64,000 nt of DNA, from contig CAJINV010000001.1 of the NCBI GenBank assembly GCA_905178155.1, positions 11,443,571-11,507,570 on the forward strand, read 5' to 3'. The DNA comes from Amoebophrya sp. A120. Lineage: Eukaryota > Protista > Dinoflagellata. Made by a program: the position numbers and the translations under genes. Shown here piece by piece: positions 25,301 to 36,897 of the stretch (position 1 is the stretch's first letter; the number at the start of each line of letters is the position of its first letter). The notes under the pieces are model-generated. The model searched no databases, was not told the DNA's origin, and saw only the letters and a program-made list of their open reading frames with translations.

Positions 25301-28300
25301 CAGGGACAGGCACTTGAGGTTGCACTTGCCGCTGACGGTGGTGGGGGGTAAAAACTCGTACAACTTGATGATGCGCTTCGCACCGGACGCGTCCAGCTGC
25401 GGGAACCGCCCCTCGGTCATCTCGGTCCACGCCCCCAGCTGCATATCCCTCTGCCGAAACAGCATGTTCCCCGTCAACGACTGCATCACTTTCCAGGCCG
25501 CCCGGCGCTGCTCCTGTCCGCCGTTGTTGTATGCTGAGCCTAAACCACAAAAAATCTCCGAGTCCGCCTGCTTGTTCATCTTTACCAGCAGTTTCTGCAG
25601 CTGGTTCGTGGAATACTTCTTGTTCATGTACGCGTCCGGGTCCAAGTACATTTGCGCGTGCTCCAGCTGCTCCACCGTTGTGATTGCAGGCTCAAATCGG
25701 CCGCAGGCCTGATTGATGATTTTGGGACAACATGAAGACACCGCAATAGATTGTCTACATCTGGATTTTTTGCATGAAAAGTTCTTGCATCGATAGATTC
25801 TGCATCACAAGTAGTTCTTGCATCTTCAAACCCAAAAGATCATCATAAGTGGAGCAAGACAAACCTACCTCAACATGCCGCAAAATGTTTGATCGATCAG
25901 CGTGCCCCTTCGCGACGGTGCAGATGATGTTCAATTCGGCGTCAGACAGATTCATGACCAAGGACAAAAATTCCGCCGGGTACCCCCTCCAACCCGCGGG
26001 CAACTCGTCGGGCGCAATAAACTCGTCGGAGTAGAAGGCGGGCACCTCGTTTTTATCCAATTGAAGTTTCAGCACTACAGACGCTTCTTTTTGACAGCAT
26101 ACAAACAGGCTTTTGATCGCGACAAGCGATCAAAAACAGTGGAAAACATTACATCTTGATGCAAAAATTTTCAAAAAGAAGTAGCAGTGGTAGTGCCGAA
26201 ATTTCAAAACCATATCCGTTCTCGCGAAAAATTTCGTCGATTTGGTTCCGGGTGAGGTTGGCGGGGTCCACGCTTCCGATTATCGTGGTGGGGTCGACCA
26301 TCGTGGAAAATACATACATGTACTTCGCCTTGCAATATGCTAGAAAAACGCCTCCAGCTGCACCAAAGATATGACCTAATCAAGCAGCATCGCTGAAGCT
26401 TACATATTAAAAACATATAGTACCAAGTGCTTTGTGGGTGTCATTATCGTGCAGAATACGCATGACACTTTTTTGCAGTGGGAGGCGTTTTTGGTAGCAT
26501 ATTCCGCCTTCCTTCATTTCCTTCGCGAAGTCGTATAATCCGTGCCAGCGGCAGGAAGTCGAATGCATGATGCAGTCACCTGGTGTTGATGATGAAATTG
26601 CATCAAGAATTGCATGACAAATCATTTAAATATGTTCAAACCTTCTGAAAGAGACAAAATTGACCTCCCGAAATGACTCATAGGGGGCACCAAAGGGGGG
26701 CACCGAGAGGGGGGGTCTATAGGAGCCCGTTCCGGACTCGCTTTTTTCGCTAGCACGCATGCTATGGTGGACTTGACTTCAGAGTATAAGACCCCCCCTA
26801 TAGACCTCCTATAGACACCTCTCTCCGAGGTCCGGAAGGACGCTCAGCCCTGCCTCAAACCGGTGAGGCAGAGTTTGCGCTTTACGAGCAGGAAAAAAAC
26901 CACTATACGCTCGTGATTAGGTGCCCTTAGGCCGCCCAGAAAGCACATCAGGCGAAAACATATAGCAACTAGTAATGATTTGAGTGCGTTTGTTCAGGGC
27001 GTTGCACACCGTCCCTGCATTCGTATCCGCGATCAATTGCTCCCGGAAGGGGCGGTTTGACCGAATCGGGTTCACCATGGTTTCCTCGGCCTTCAGATCC
27101 TGCATGGTTTTCAGGATGATCGCCTGCCTGGTTATCAAGGAACAACACTGCATCAAGTCAGCATGCCTAGAGGAGAAGGAGGTGGGAAAAACTGCATGCC
27201 TAGGCATTGAATTTTCTGCATCACTGATGTAGTACTATTCTGATGCTGCAACAACCACTATTGCACTCACTTGATGCATTGTTGTTCGAGGATAGATGCA
27301 CCGTCGAGGGAGGTTAACATTCTCCGCTGCATCGCGCGCGCGTCGTCGCCCGGTTTGGAGATTCCCGCGCAGTCGTTGTTGTCCCTGATTGTTTTCGAGA
27401 AAAAACACTATATATGAAGACGAGATGAAGTTCTGCATGGTGGTGGAGGCACTTTTTCAATCAAGCAGGATATGACTTTCACGATCTGTGTCACAACATC
27501 AGCGACAACAACAGCGCATGACAAAACCACAACCGTTTTTCAATAGTTTTCGCATGACAAATCAGCTCGCTGTGCCAGGTTCTGATCCTCTTCATATTAT
27601 GTTTTTACGCGGCAGCAGTTGCATTTTTTACCTGTGGCAAATTCCTTCGATGTAGCACCCGCGAAAGTGCTGGAACCAGCCCTGGCACAGCCTCATTTCC
27701 GGCGTCCCCTGATCCGGCATGAAGTTGATCTCACAGCAGGACTCCGCAAGATCCGGATCCGTCAGATGGTCGATGTTGAGGTCGTCGAAGGAAATGTTTC
27801 TGTTGTGGTAGTTTTTCCGCAGTACCTGCATCCCGCAAAACGCCTTGATCATGCACCACACGTAGACGGCCGAAAACTGCGTCGGTTGATACTCCAGCGG
27901 GTGACTCAATTTGTCGATTCCGGCTGTTTTTAGTATCCCTTGCAAAAAGCGAGCCAAGTGGAAAGATACATCACTGCGTTTACAGGTAGATCCAGCAAAG
28001 TTGTATTATGCTGTGGCGCGATAATGCCCTTGGAGTTTATTAGTTTTCGCATGACATTTTATTAGTTTGCGTTGCACTTGGCTCAGATTTTTTGTTGATA
28101 TGGCAGGGGAGCGGACAAGTGTGCAGGTCGTCGATTGTCGTCCTTCCCTGTTCGTTCCACTGGATCCCATTCTTGACGACACGTTGCCCGAACTGGTTGA
28201 TCGAGTTCATGTCCCTCTCCAGATCAATAGTGTTCTCGTAAAACATCTGGTTTTTGCGTTTGTATAACAATAAGAAATCTATCTCAATAGGTGCAAAATC

Positions 28301-30072
28301 TCAGCATTACAAGAGCGGCACGCATTACAAGTTTGCGCATTTGATGCACAGCAGAGCACAAACCTAGGACAGGCGAACTGGTGCAGACATGCTGAGAACT
28401 ACCACAAAAGGAAAAAGCTCCTGCAGGAGTCCTTGCATGATTGATGCGTCTTTTCTGCTTGGCTACAACAACCTGATAAAGAAAGATAATACATTTGCAG
28501 CATAGACTCCCCGGGACCGCACCGACCCCTTGTCAAAGCCCATCGTGATCGACCTCTGCGTCCGCGCCGGTCCGAATTGCAGGTCGAACATGTCAAAAAT
28601 CATATTTGTGGTAGTTTCTGTGTCCTTGTTTGCCATCGTGTGGAGCTGGCAGGCGAAAAAAAATATCCGGTGGATTCCGTATGTCTGTAGTGTTTTTCTG
28701 GATTTGTCATGCAGAATAAACCACTTCGCACCGCATGCAAAACAGCATCTTCGTTGTATCTATTCGACACCATAAAGCTGTACCCGCGATCGCCAATCAT
28801 TCGAATCGAACCCCATTCGTCCAATCTGCTCTTGGGCCTTGACTACTATGGGAAGCCAACGCCCTCTGATGTCAAACCAAAATAGACCACATGATATTCC
28901 CAAACGTCATGCACCTGTTCATGCATAAGCATTGCAAATTGCCACCCATAAACTGCCGTGACTCCATGCGAAAGTGTCAGCATCGCCTGACATAACAGAA
29001 GCATTGACTTTCATAGCCCAGAGTCCCCGCATGGTGATCCGGAAACTGTAGCGGTCGGCTCGGGCCAGGATGTGCCGCAGCACAGAGTCACCAAAGTGTA
29101 TGCCACTGAAAATAACACCATTTGCGCTCGAGGAAACACCGCTTCACTAGTAGTTGTTGTGCTTTTTTCTTTTGTAGTCATGCACCCGGTGGAACCAGAA
29201 AGAAAAGGCGTTACTTGCAGTGACATACACTTCATCAGCACCTCTGCTTCGGTTTTGTGTTCGACCCACCAAACGTAGCACCACATCTGATAGATATTTT
29301 GTTATGCATAATTTTCATGCAGATAAAAACGATAGTCATGCTGACGAAGCTTCCCAAAAAGCAAATTTTTGCATCCTGATCATGTTGGAAAATCGTACTA
29401 GTTGCTCCGCCGGAGCGCAGGTCTCCAGCTTGACTCCTCTTGGCACCCCCAGCTGGTATCGGGCAAACGGCGCGACCTTCCGCTGCAGCCAGTCGATGTA
29501 GTTCGCGTGGTCGGGGGGGCAGAGACTTCTGAGGTACCTACATTGATGTTAATCTTGAGGCAAGCTCGGTTCGAGTGAATGTATCAAATGACGCATTGCA
29601 ATGGCATGACAGACAAGATATGCAGATCATGGTGACGACTTGCGGACTGTCCATACACGATGCTCATGCAACACAAAATCTGCCTCAAGATTGCACATCA
29701 TATGTAGAGCGGCTCGCCGGTTTTCGGTGACCTCACGGGCACGTCCCACTGGTGGTCCCGGGGCGCGATGTATCGTGGCTGGTCCTGTTGGTGGACAACC
29801 GGCGCCGGAACAGGCTGGCTCGGGTTGTACGGGACGATTTGGAGGCTTTGCAACATGATGCTCTGGTCTTGCGGCGCAGCAGCGACTATATTCGGCATCT
29901 GCTGTGGCATGGGTTGACTCTGCACTTGGTTTAGCAGATTGACACGGGGAGCCGGAGCTTGTGCATTTTGCTGTATCACGTCGGGTGAGCGAAAGTAGGC
30001 TTCCAGGAAATCCTCATCGCCGAGGAGGCGCGACTCTCTCTGCCGCCGGCGCTGCCCGGGCGGTGTGTCCAT
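22319..30072 (-). CDS. Very large, highly intron-interrupted gene (roughly 15-20 exons) with hAT-like DDE transposase motifs
   Basis: A chain of GC3-rich exons (ORFs 29698-30072, 28040-28270, 27628-27957, 26917-27207, 25755-26075, 25130-25741, 24394-24984, 23691-24185, 23187-23660, 23044-23253, 22319-22639, plus small exons) is separated by AT-rich introns; junctions checked are mostly GT-AG. Motifs in order: SITMGFDKGS, FMPDQGTPE, GICH|RDNND, GFAMTRWHS. The C-terminus is Lys/Pro-rich and NLS-like. Confidence 0.55.
25035..25127. repeat. Near-perfect intronic hairpin (40-bp arms, 1 mismatch)
   Basis: GCTCACTTAGCTATGTAGCATGACAAATGCCCTACTGCGA (25035-25074) pairs with TCGCAGTAGGGCATTTGTCATGCTAAATAGCTAAGTGAGC (25088-25127). 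Confidence 0.9.
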
Positions 30073-31119
30073 CGTTCGATAGAAATTTATTACTTCTTAC
30101 TTGGCTCAGCTTTCTCAAGCTACGGAATACGAGGTAATCAAGTGTTGGTGTATCGCTCAGGTCGGGTAGGAATCTTATGCGGGATGCTGCCAGTTACATC
30201 AGGATAAGCCTCAAGATGAATATGCTGACTTGGTGCACTCTGAAAGAGCCTTCTCATCACACACGCTCATCCTCACGGCCCATACGTACAACCCCCTCAC
30301 GGATATGGTGCTACTGGATTGGAACCGACATCTTGCTGCGTAAGCTCAGAAAAACCGACTTTTGTGCTGTACGACCCTGAACACGGCTCGGGAAGCGCGA
30401 CACTTATCACATCAGAAAACGAAGTTCTTTATTTTCCATATCAAAAGACATCATGATTCGAAACAAAAGCTTTTTTCAATTTCTGCGCTTTGAAACAAGG
30501 CATGATCAACTTGCATCGATTCCCACCGATAAACTCCCACTCATCTGCGCAAGTAAGTTCTCAAACATATCCATATATGTTTACCATAGCCTTGGCATCG
30601 CAGCGCTGATTCAATCATAGTGAGTCCAAGATTTGCCTCCTCTTAGTCTTGGATTGTTTTCAAGTGGTCTTGTCTGCTTTGGAAAAGCAAACAAGCATGC
30701 TGTCGACATTGACATCGCTGCTAAAAAGCAGCACAAACTTAGTTCCTGATAAGTATCAAAACAAATATTAATGTAGTGCTATCGTTGGTAGTGCTAGTAT
30801 ACTTTGACCGCATGAAGCGGCATAAAACAGAGTGGTAGGCGCAGTGTTTTTACAAACAAATTGATAAATCTAAACGTAAATCGGACTCGGTCGTGCTGAG
30901 TCCGGAGAAGTTGTTGTAGTTGTCGCTGACTAGTCTATACTTAGACTAGACAGCAATAATTCTTTCTAACCATCACTGCTAGAGATGAAACATAAACTCG
31001 ACACGCACTGAAAATCTAGTGATGGTCAGTGCGGACGAGTGAGGGAGAGACCGATAGTAAATCTTCAGTGAAATAAACAAGTAGCTCACTTCAAATAGCC
31101 TGCGGACAGACCCTCGCAC

Positions 31120-33899
31120 TTAGCGCCCAGTAGCACGGCCGGAGGAGTCCTTGCGGTCCTTCTTCTTCTGCTTACTCTTGCTGTCATCATTCTTCTTTTC
31201 CTTTTTCGACTTCTCCATGGCGTGCTTCTCCTGCTCCTTCGCCTTTTCCATCTTCTTCTTCTCGGCCTCGGTCATAACCTTTTTTCCCTTGGTATTCTTA
31301 CCAGCCTTCTTGTCCTCGGCTTTTTTCTTTTCCTTCTCCTCCTTTTTGTCATCCTGCTTGATGACGGGGGTGGCCGCACCCTTCTGGGACATCGGGGTTT
31401 CGGAGCCGCTGAAATCAGACGAGAATACGCACTTCAAAACGCATCAGATCTTCATGTCTACGCTGCGTACCAACTGCCAGGGGTAACATTAGTACTTCGA
31501 AAGCTGCCTCTTCACCGAGGCAAAATATACAAGCTTGGATGTAGATAATGCATATGTAGTCACTGTGCATATTCTCGGACAAGACAATGTCATCGCTCGG
31601 GTTCAGGTTGATCATCAGGCTCACCTGGGATTCGTTGTCGGTGGTGGACGCGTTAGCGTTTTCTTTAGAATCGTCCTTCTTTTTGATGTCCTCCGGCTTG
31701 GGCAACACGTCCCCCGCGGACACGGGCACCTCGACCTTCACGGAACCCGGAATCGGGATGTGCTCGCCTCTCTGGCTCACCGCGGAGATCACGGGCGGCA
31801 TCATGGGGGTCTTGAACAGGTGGGTGGGAATCGGAGTCTGGGCAACCTGACAAGTGTAGTTATTTAGTTCGCATGGGAATACTTGAACTAAGACGCGGAC
31901 GCATATGATGACATCAACGCCAAGTAATTGAAAAAGCGACGTTTCGAATCACATGTATCTATTGAATAACATCAAAGCTGATAGCACCGACGTCAAATCG
32001 TTCGGGGGCAGATGCTGCGGGTGGATTTGTCCTTGCATGTGCTCCATCTGTTTTTTCGAATACTCAGGTGGGTCAGGACGATAAGGCAAGTATAATTCAT
32101 CCAAACGCAACCTCAATTCCTCCAAAGGCATGAAATCCCAGAGCGGTTTCTGTATTATTGTGCATGCCTACATAAGTTTTTTCTTCCCTCCGCATGCAAA
32201 CTATACACCTAGCAGGGTTCTAAAGAGTACAAGTCTTGATCTACCTTGGCGCCCGCAGACACGGAAGACGACTGCTGCGATTGCATCTGCTGGGTTTCGG
32301 CGACCTGGGAGGCGTACTGGGAACCGCCGGTCATACCAAAGAAGTGGTTGGGCAGATTGGCACCGAACATGCTGCCCATATTCGGAGTCATGACACCGGA
32401 CATCAACCCGGAGTTCAAGCCGGACTGGTTCATCGGAGTGGCAAAGCCGGTCACCGCGGCCTCCTCGTACGCGGGAAACTCCAACTTTATGATGATGAAT
32501 TGCTTTGCTCCAGACACGTGCAGCTGTGTTATGCATGTATACAGTCGTCGCTTAGTCTAAGTGTCTCGATCTAGAACATTTAAACTAAGCGCAATGAGCA
32601 TGCCTGTTTTGCTTTTTACAATGCTGTATCTGGGCAAAGCAGTTTGCACATGATAAAACGGCAGATCGCTTTGTCGGGCAAGTGTTTGCGCGACTCCTTC
32701 AACGGTTCGAACGTGCCGCTCAGCAGGATCTTCAACGCGTGCTGGCAGTGTATGCAAACAAAATATATCCACTGGGTTTTTTGTGTAGCATAAAAAACAA
32801 GAATGGGCTGGTGACGAGATGTAGTTTCATGGTCTGACTTGCAGCCCTCCTGCCTATGTATTAACACCGTGGACAAATTGATTTTATGCATAAAACCGAA
32901 CTGGCAACGAAACCCGCGCCACGGGCACTTCGGAGTGGTCTGCTTTTTTCATCAAATTATACTATCTGGCACGATACAGAAGACCGATTATTGCATGCAT
33001 TATATCATAGCACCATCTTGCACGAGAATAACCACCTGGTTGATGTCGATCTTCGCCACGACCAACAGCTTGCAGATTTGGGACCGGCAGGTGATGTCGT
33101 TCTGGGCCTTACATTATGCACCGCAAGTAAATCAAGCACGCAGGCAAGTCCTGATGTGCAAACGCATGCTTTGTTATACTGAAAACCAGTGCTGGACGCA
33201 GCACTGCAGAATTTAGATGCGGTTCGAGCCTGGCTCGTGCTGTTTAAAGTCATGCTTGTCGGTGCACGGTGTGCCTCTACATTCCTTTCATTTCTATGAA
33301 AGTGCTTGATTTACTTCTCCTTTCATATCATCAGGGGGATGTCGCAGGTGAAGCTGATCCAGTGACGGCTGTGGCCCGGCACGGATTGGGACCAGGCTGA
33401 TGCTTATGTTGTGTATGGTGATGCTTTTGATGGATTTGGATGAAGACGTATTACGAAACAACACCGCGATCAACTCCATCAGCTTTACTACCTATGACGA
33501 AGATGAACAACAACAACTAACAAAAAACACTCAATACCGACGATCTCGTTGGGAAACACCTCCTTGGGCACCTGTTCCAGCGGAATAAGACCTTGCAGGC
33601 GGCGCTCATCAGCATCGTTGGCATTGTCGATCATCCGGACATCCTATGCACACAAAGCCGAGCCATACTGTAGCGAAAAATCAAGTGCAAACGCGACGCA
33701 ATGGATTCAAGGCGTGAAGCCAGTACATTTGCATTACAGAATTTGTTTTGATTAACATGTAGCAATGCCAGTAAATCGCGTCTGCACTACAAAACAGTAT
33801 GGCTTTTCATCATCATAACCACAGCTGCCGCTCCGCGACCGTCATGTGGTTGATCGCAACCTGGTTGGGGGCAGGAACCCCAGCAGCTTTCGGCGGCAT
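31120..33899 (-). CDS. Multi-exon hypothetical element gene with a possible CCCH-type finger and Lys-rich C-terminus
   Basis: ATG 33899 (MPPKAAGVPAPNQ...) is followed by short GC-rich exons, one of which can read TTPKCPWRGFRCQF (~32890-32940). Then come ORFs 32209-32517, 31415-31804 and the KE-rich last exon 31120-31420. Confidence 0.55.
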
Positions 33900-34448
33900 T
33901 TTTGGATTTTTTTGTGTGTCAGATCTCAAAACTCTACAGGCAAATCCTCTCTCCCTACGGGCTGTCATGATGAAGATCGTATGATTGTCGTCTTTGCTTT
34001 AAAAACTAGAATCAAAACAGAAGCAGACTAATGGATCAATGCCACGCTGGTTACAAACAAAACAACACAGCGACGGAGTACACTTTAGATCACTCAGTTC
34101 TCACATCTAAAACAATATATCAAAGGTCGGCATCTTTCTAAAACATAAAGAACACAGCAGACTCGTATCGTGCGTGAGCTATATTATCTTCTTGCAAACT
34201 GCTCACGTGCAGCCGTTTTGCTCTCGACTATCTCAATTCTGATTGTATTTTTGAGTACTTCGATATGTTTTTGATGCTTTCGTTTCCATTATAACATCTG
34301 CACATGGTGACGCATCTTTCCATACCTTTGCGATAAATACTCTTCATCCATGATCTCCGCGAAGGCGATAGGGTACTTAGCCGCCGCACTGCTCCGAGTT
34401 TGCCGCTACCGAGGACCACTGCCGTACCGCCGGTGGTGTTTAGTGTTT

Positions 34449-34588
34449 CGACACGCATCCGCAAGGCAGCTGAACCTCCGTGAACTAGCTAGTTTAAACA
34501 TCACCTTTGTAAATGCAAAACCTTAACTAAACGGTGCACAAAACTAGCTATGGTCTGATTTTAAAATTTAATTTCTGAGGCCGTCATA
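34449..34588 (-). repeat. Right terminal inverted repeat (140 bp)
   Basis: CGACACGCATCCGCAAGGC...GGTCTGATTTTAAAATTTAATTTCTGAGGCCGTCATA is the reverse complement of the left TIR, with a single mismatch at about 34509. Confidence 0.95.
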
Positions 34589-36897
34589 ATTTTACAACTT
34601 GTTTTATATTTATTCGAAACAATATATTACAAAGAAACCCTTTATTCCGGGGAACAAGAGGCGACACTGCATGCGGCACGATGTGGACCTCGTTCAGGAA
34701 ACTGCTCGTCCCTGATGCGCATGCACTATGCAAGAAAAAAAACTGTGTAAGTGTAAATCTGTGATGCTAAAACAACCGCACCGACATTGCCATTGTCCAT
34801 TATCGCTGGGGAAGCAAGCCTCCGCAGGCGCTGGAACGTGTAAATCTGTGATGCAGAAAACGTAAACCAGTTTACACTTGTCATGCTGGAAGTGCGTCAT
34901 AGGCTCCTCTCATACGTATTTGGTTTCCCTTTCCACATCCACGTGCTAGCTGTGCATGACAGGTTTTCCCTGTAATGCAAAACGAATTTGTGATGCTGCT
35001 CTTACTACGAACTTACCCCTACACAGTTTTTTTCCTGGATATGCGCTCTTCCGCTTCTATTCGTGTCCTTTGGACCTTCACCAGTGATTACGAGATTGTA
35101 CTACTAAGGCCCCTTTCAGAGACGTCGATAAACTTCCCCGTGCGAAAATCTTCTCTCGGGTTTGGCAGAAAAATGTCCATCCGTGTGCGTTCCACTATCA
35201 TGCAAAACTCCTGTCTAAAGATCAAAACTAGTCGCAAAATTATGTAAGTAATAAAGTAGTCGCGTGAATAAACTGAAACCGGTTGTAAGTACGTAGTGCT
35301 GTTAGTTTACACAAAATTTTTCTTCTGCAGCGACTTATTGAAAACAGTGAAACTGGAATATCTACGTGCTGCAGCTGCCTTTGTGAATTCTCAGGAGCAC
35401 TACATATGTTCTTGACAGAAAAACTTCCAAGTGCCAGTCATCATACACTCAACCAGAAACATTGCCGTTCAAAGGCAGTTCCATAGAATCGTCTAGGGCT
35501 ATATCTATGTAAGTACTGAAAAAATCGTCGCCATATTACCGCGACTACAACTGCCCGTGCCTGAAGCGATAGAAGACAGAAAACGGTTTCTTCAATGAAA
35601 CGCTAACGCAGAGCGCATCACTGCGGTGATAAGACGATGCCACGACGACGAGAGCCGATCTGACAAAACGACTAGTTGTACGACCAGATTTTATTTCATG
35701 AAGCGATTCTAACTTCTTTTCGCGAAAAGAAGTAGATGTCTACCTAATACTTAGCTTCAAAAGCAAGATTTTTTTGGGCGGGCGATGAAAAGCAAAAAAG
35801 GTTTTTCGATTTTGACTCTTGCATTTAGTGTGTTGAGAGCTTCACAGTAGAGCCATTTCTACTCCATTTCAAGCTGTATTTTTTCGACAGGATGAACTGC
35901 CAGCCGGTGGTGCACCATGTTGGAAATAATTCCAACACTGACGGTGATCTTCTTTGTAAATGGAAGCCAGTACACAAACATTATTGGAGCACACGGTGTT
36001 TCATGTAGAGGATTATGCCGCACGTAATGTCCATCGTGCTGCATGCAAGCGAAGTCGATTTTAAGCTGCAGCAACGATCATGTGGTTACAAGGTTATGCG
36101 GAGCTGCCTGCGTTGCTCTCTTTTGAGCGGACAAGGCTGGCGCAGAGCTATGGAGTGGAACAGAGACGCTTTTTTATTCTTGATATGCACAATGGATCAT
36201 GAACATTTCTTCGGACTGCGAGTGCATTTTCACTGAATCTGAAGCGTTGACGACAATTATATAGGGACGACAGGTTGTATTAAGACGCAAGCAAGAAGAA
36301 AAGAACAAACAATGCTTGCGACACTACTGGGATGAACCGCTCAGCACGAAAAGAAAACTTTTCTCGAGTTTCAGAGTCGGAAATCAAATCTGGGACAAAG
36401 GCCTGCTCAGCTGGCATTTTTTCTTTCCTTAGATTGATAGTAGATGTACTTCTTTTATTTGAGACATACCGGGCCGTGCTTTGGATGTTCGTTTTCGTTA
36501 TTAATCTTAGAATTATTATCATACATCAAACAATTGTACATTACAATTTCAGAACCATAGTTGGTGTATCAAACTTAAAGTCAGTTGTCGTGAGTCATGT
36601 CTTTTACGTTCTTGTTAGAGGTCTACTCGGCATGCTGTAATATCATCATGCTCGTACTTTTACCCGACCAATGCGCTTACTCTTATTCAACTTTTACTAG
36701 AAACTCTCTACGACTTCACAACCAGGTGGCTTATACAGAAGTACTCTTACGTACAATAATATTTATCATCAAAAAGCTCAAGTTGAGGTTTGTTTATCAT
36801 CCAGGCAAGAAACTCGTATACAGGGTGGAGTTCGCTTGAGGTTAACAGGGGAACGAGAAGAAAACAGTTAGCAAGAGCCCTCTCCCCATCTTTGCAA

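Larger units (their letters stand above)
18930..34588. mobile_element. 15.66-kb DNA transposon-like element with 140-bp TIRs and a probable 5-bp TSD (ATTTT)
   Basis: 18930-19069 is the reverse complement of 34449-34588 with one mismatch. ATTTT occurs at 18925-18929 and 34589-34593. Internal genes are transposase-like and have a different exon/intron structure from the host genes. Confidence 0.9.

Noticed and set aside
30095-30130. Dinoflagellate spliced-leader relic upstream of the giant gene
   Set aside because: Only fragmentary resemblance (TTGGCTCA, GCTACGG) in inconsistent orientation; no credible match to the 22-nt leader.
18930-34588. Polinton/Maverick or endogenous virophage, suggested by the size and long TIRs
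   Set aside because: No protein-primed PolB, packaging ATPase, capsid, protease or retroviral-type integrase motifs were recognised. The ends are not AG...CT and the genes are intron-rich.
34600-36890. Gene between the right TIR and the repeat-domain gene
   Set aside because: Only short ORFs with no codon bias or motifs; left unannotated.
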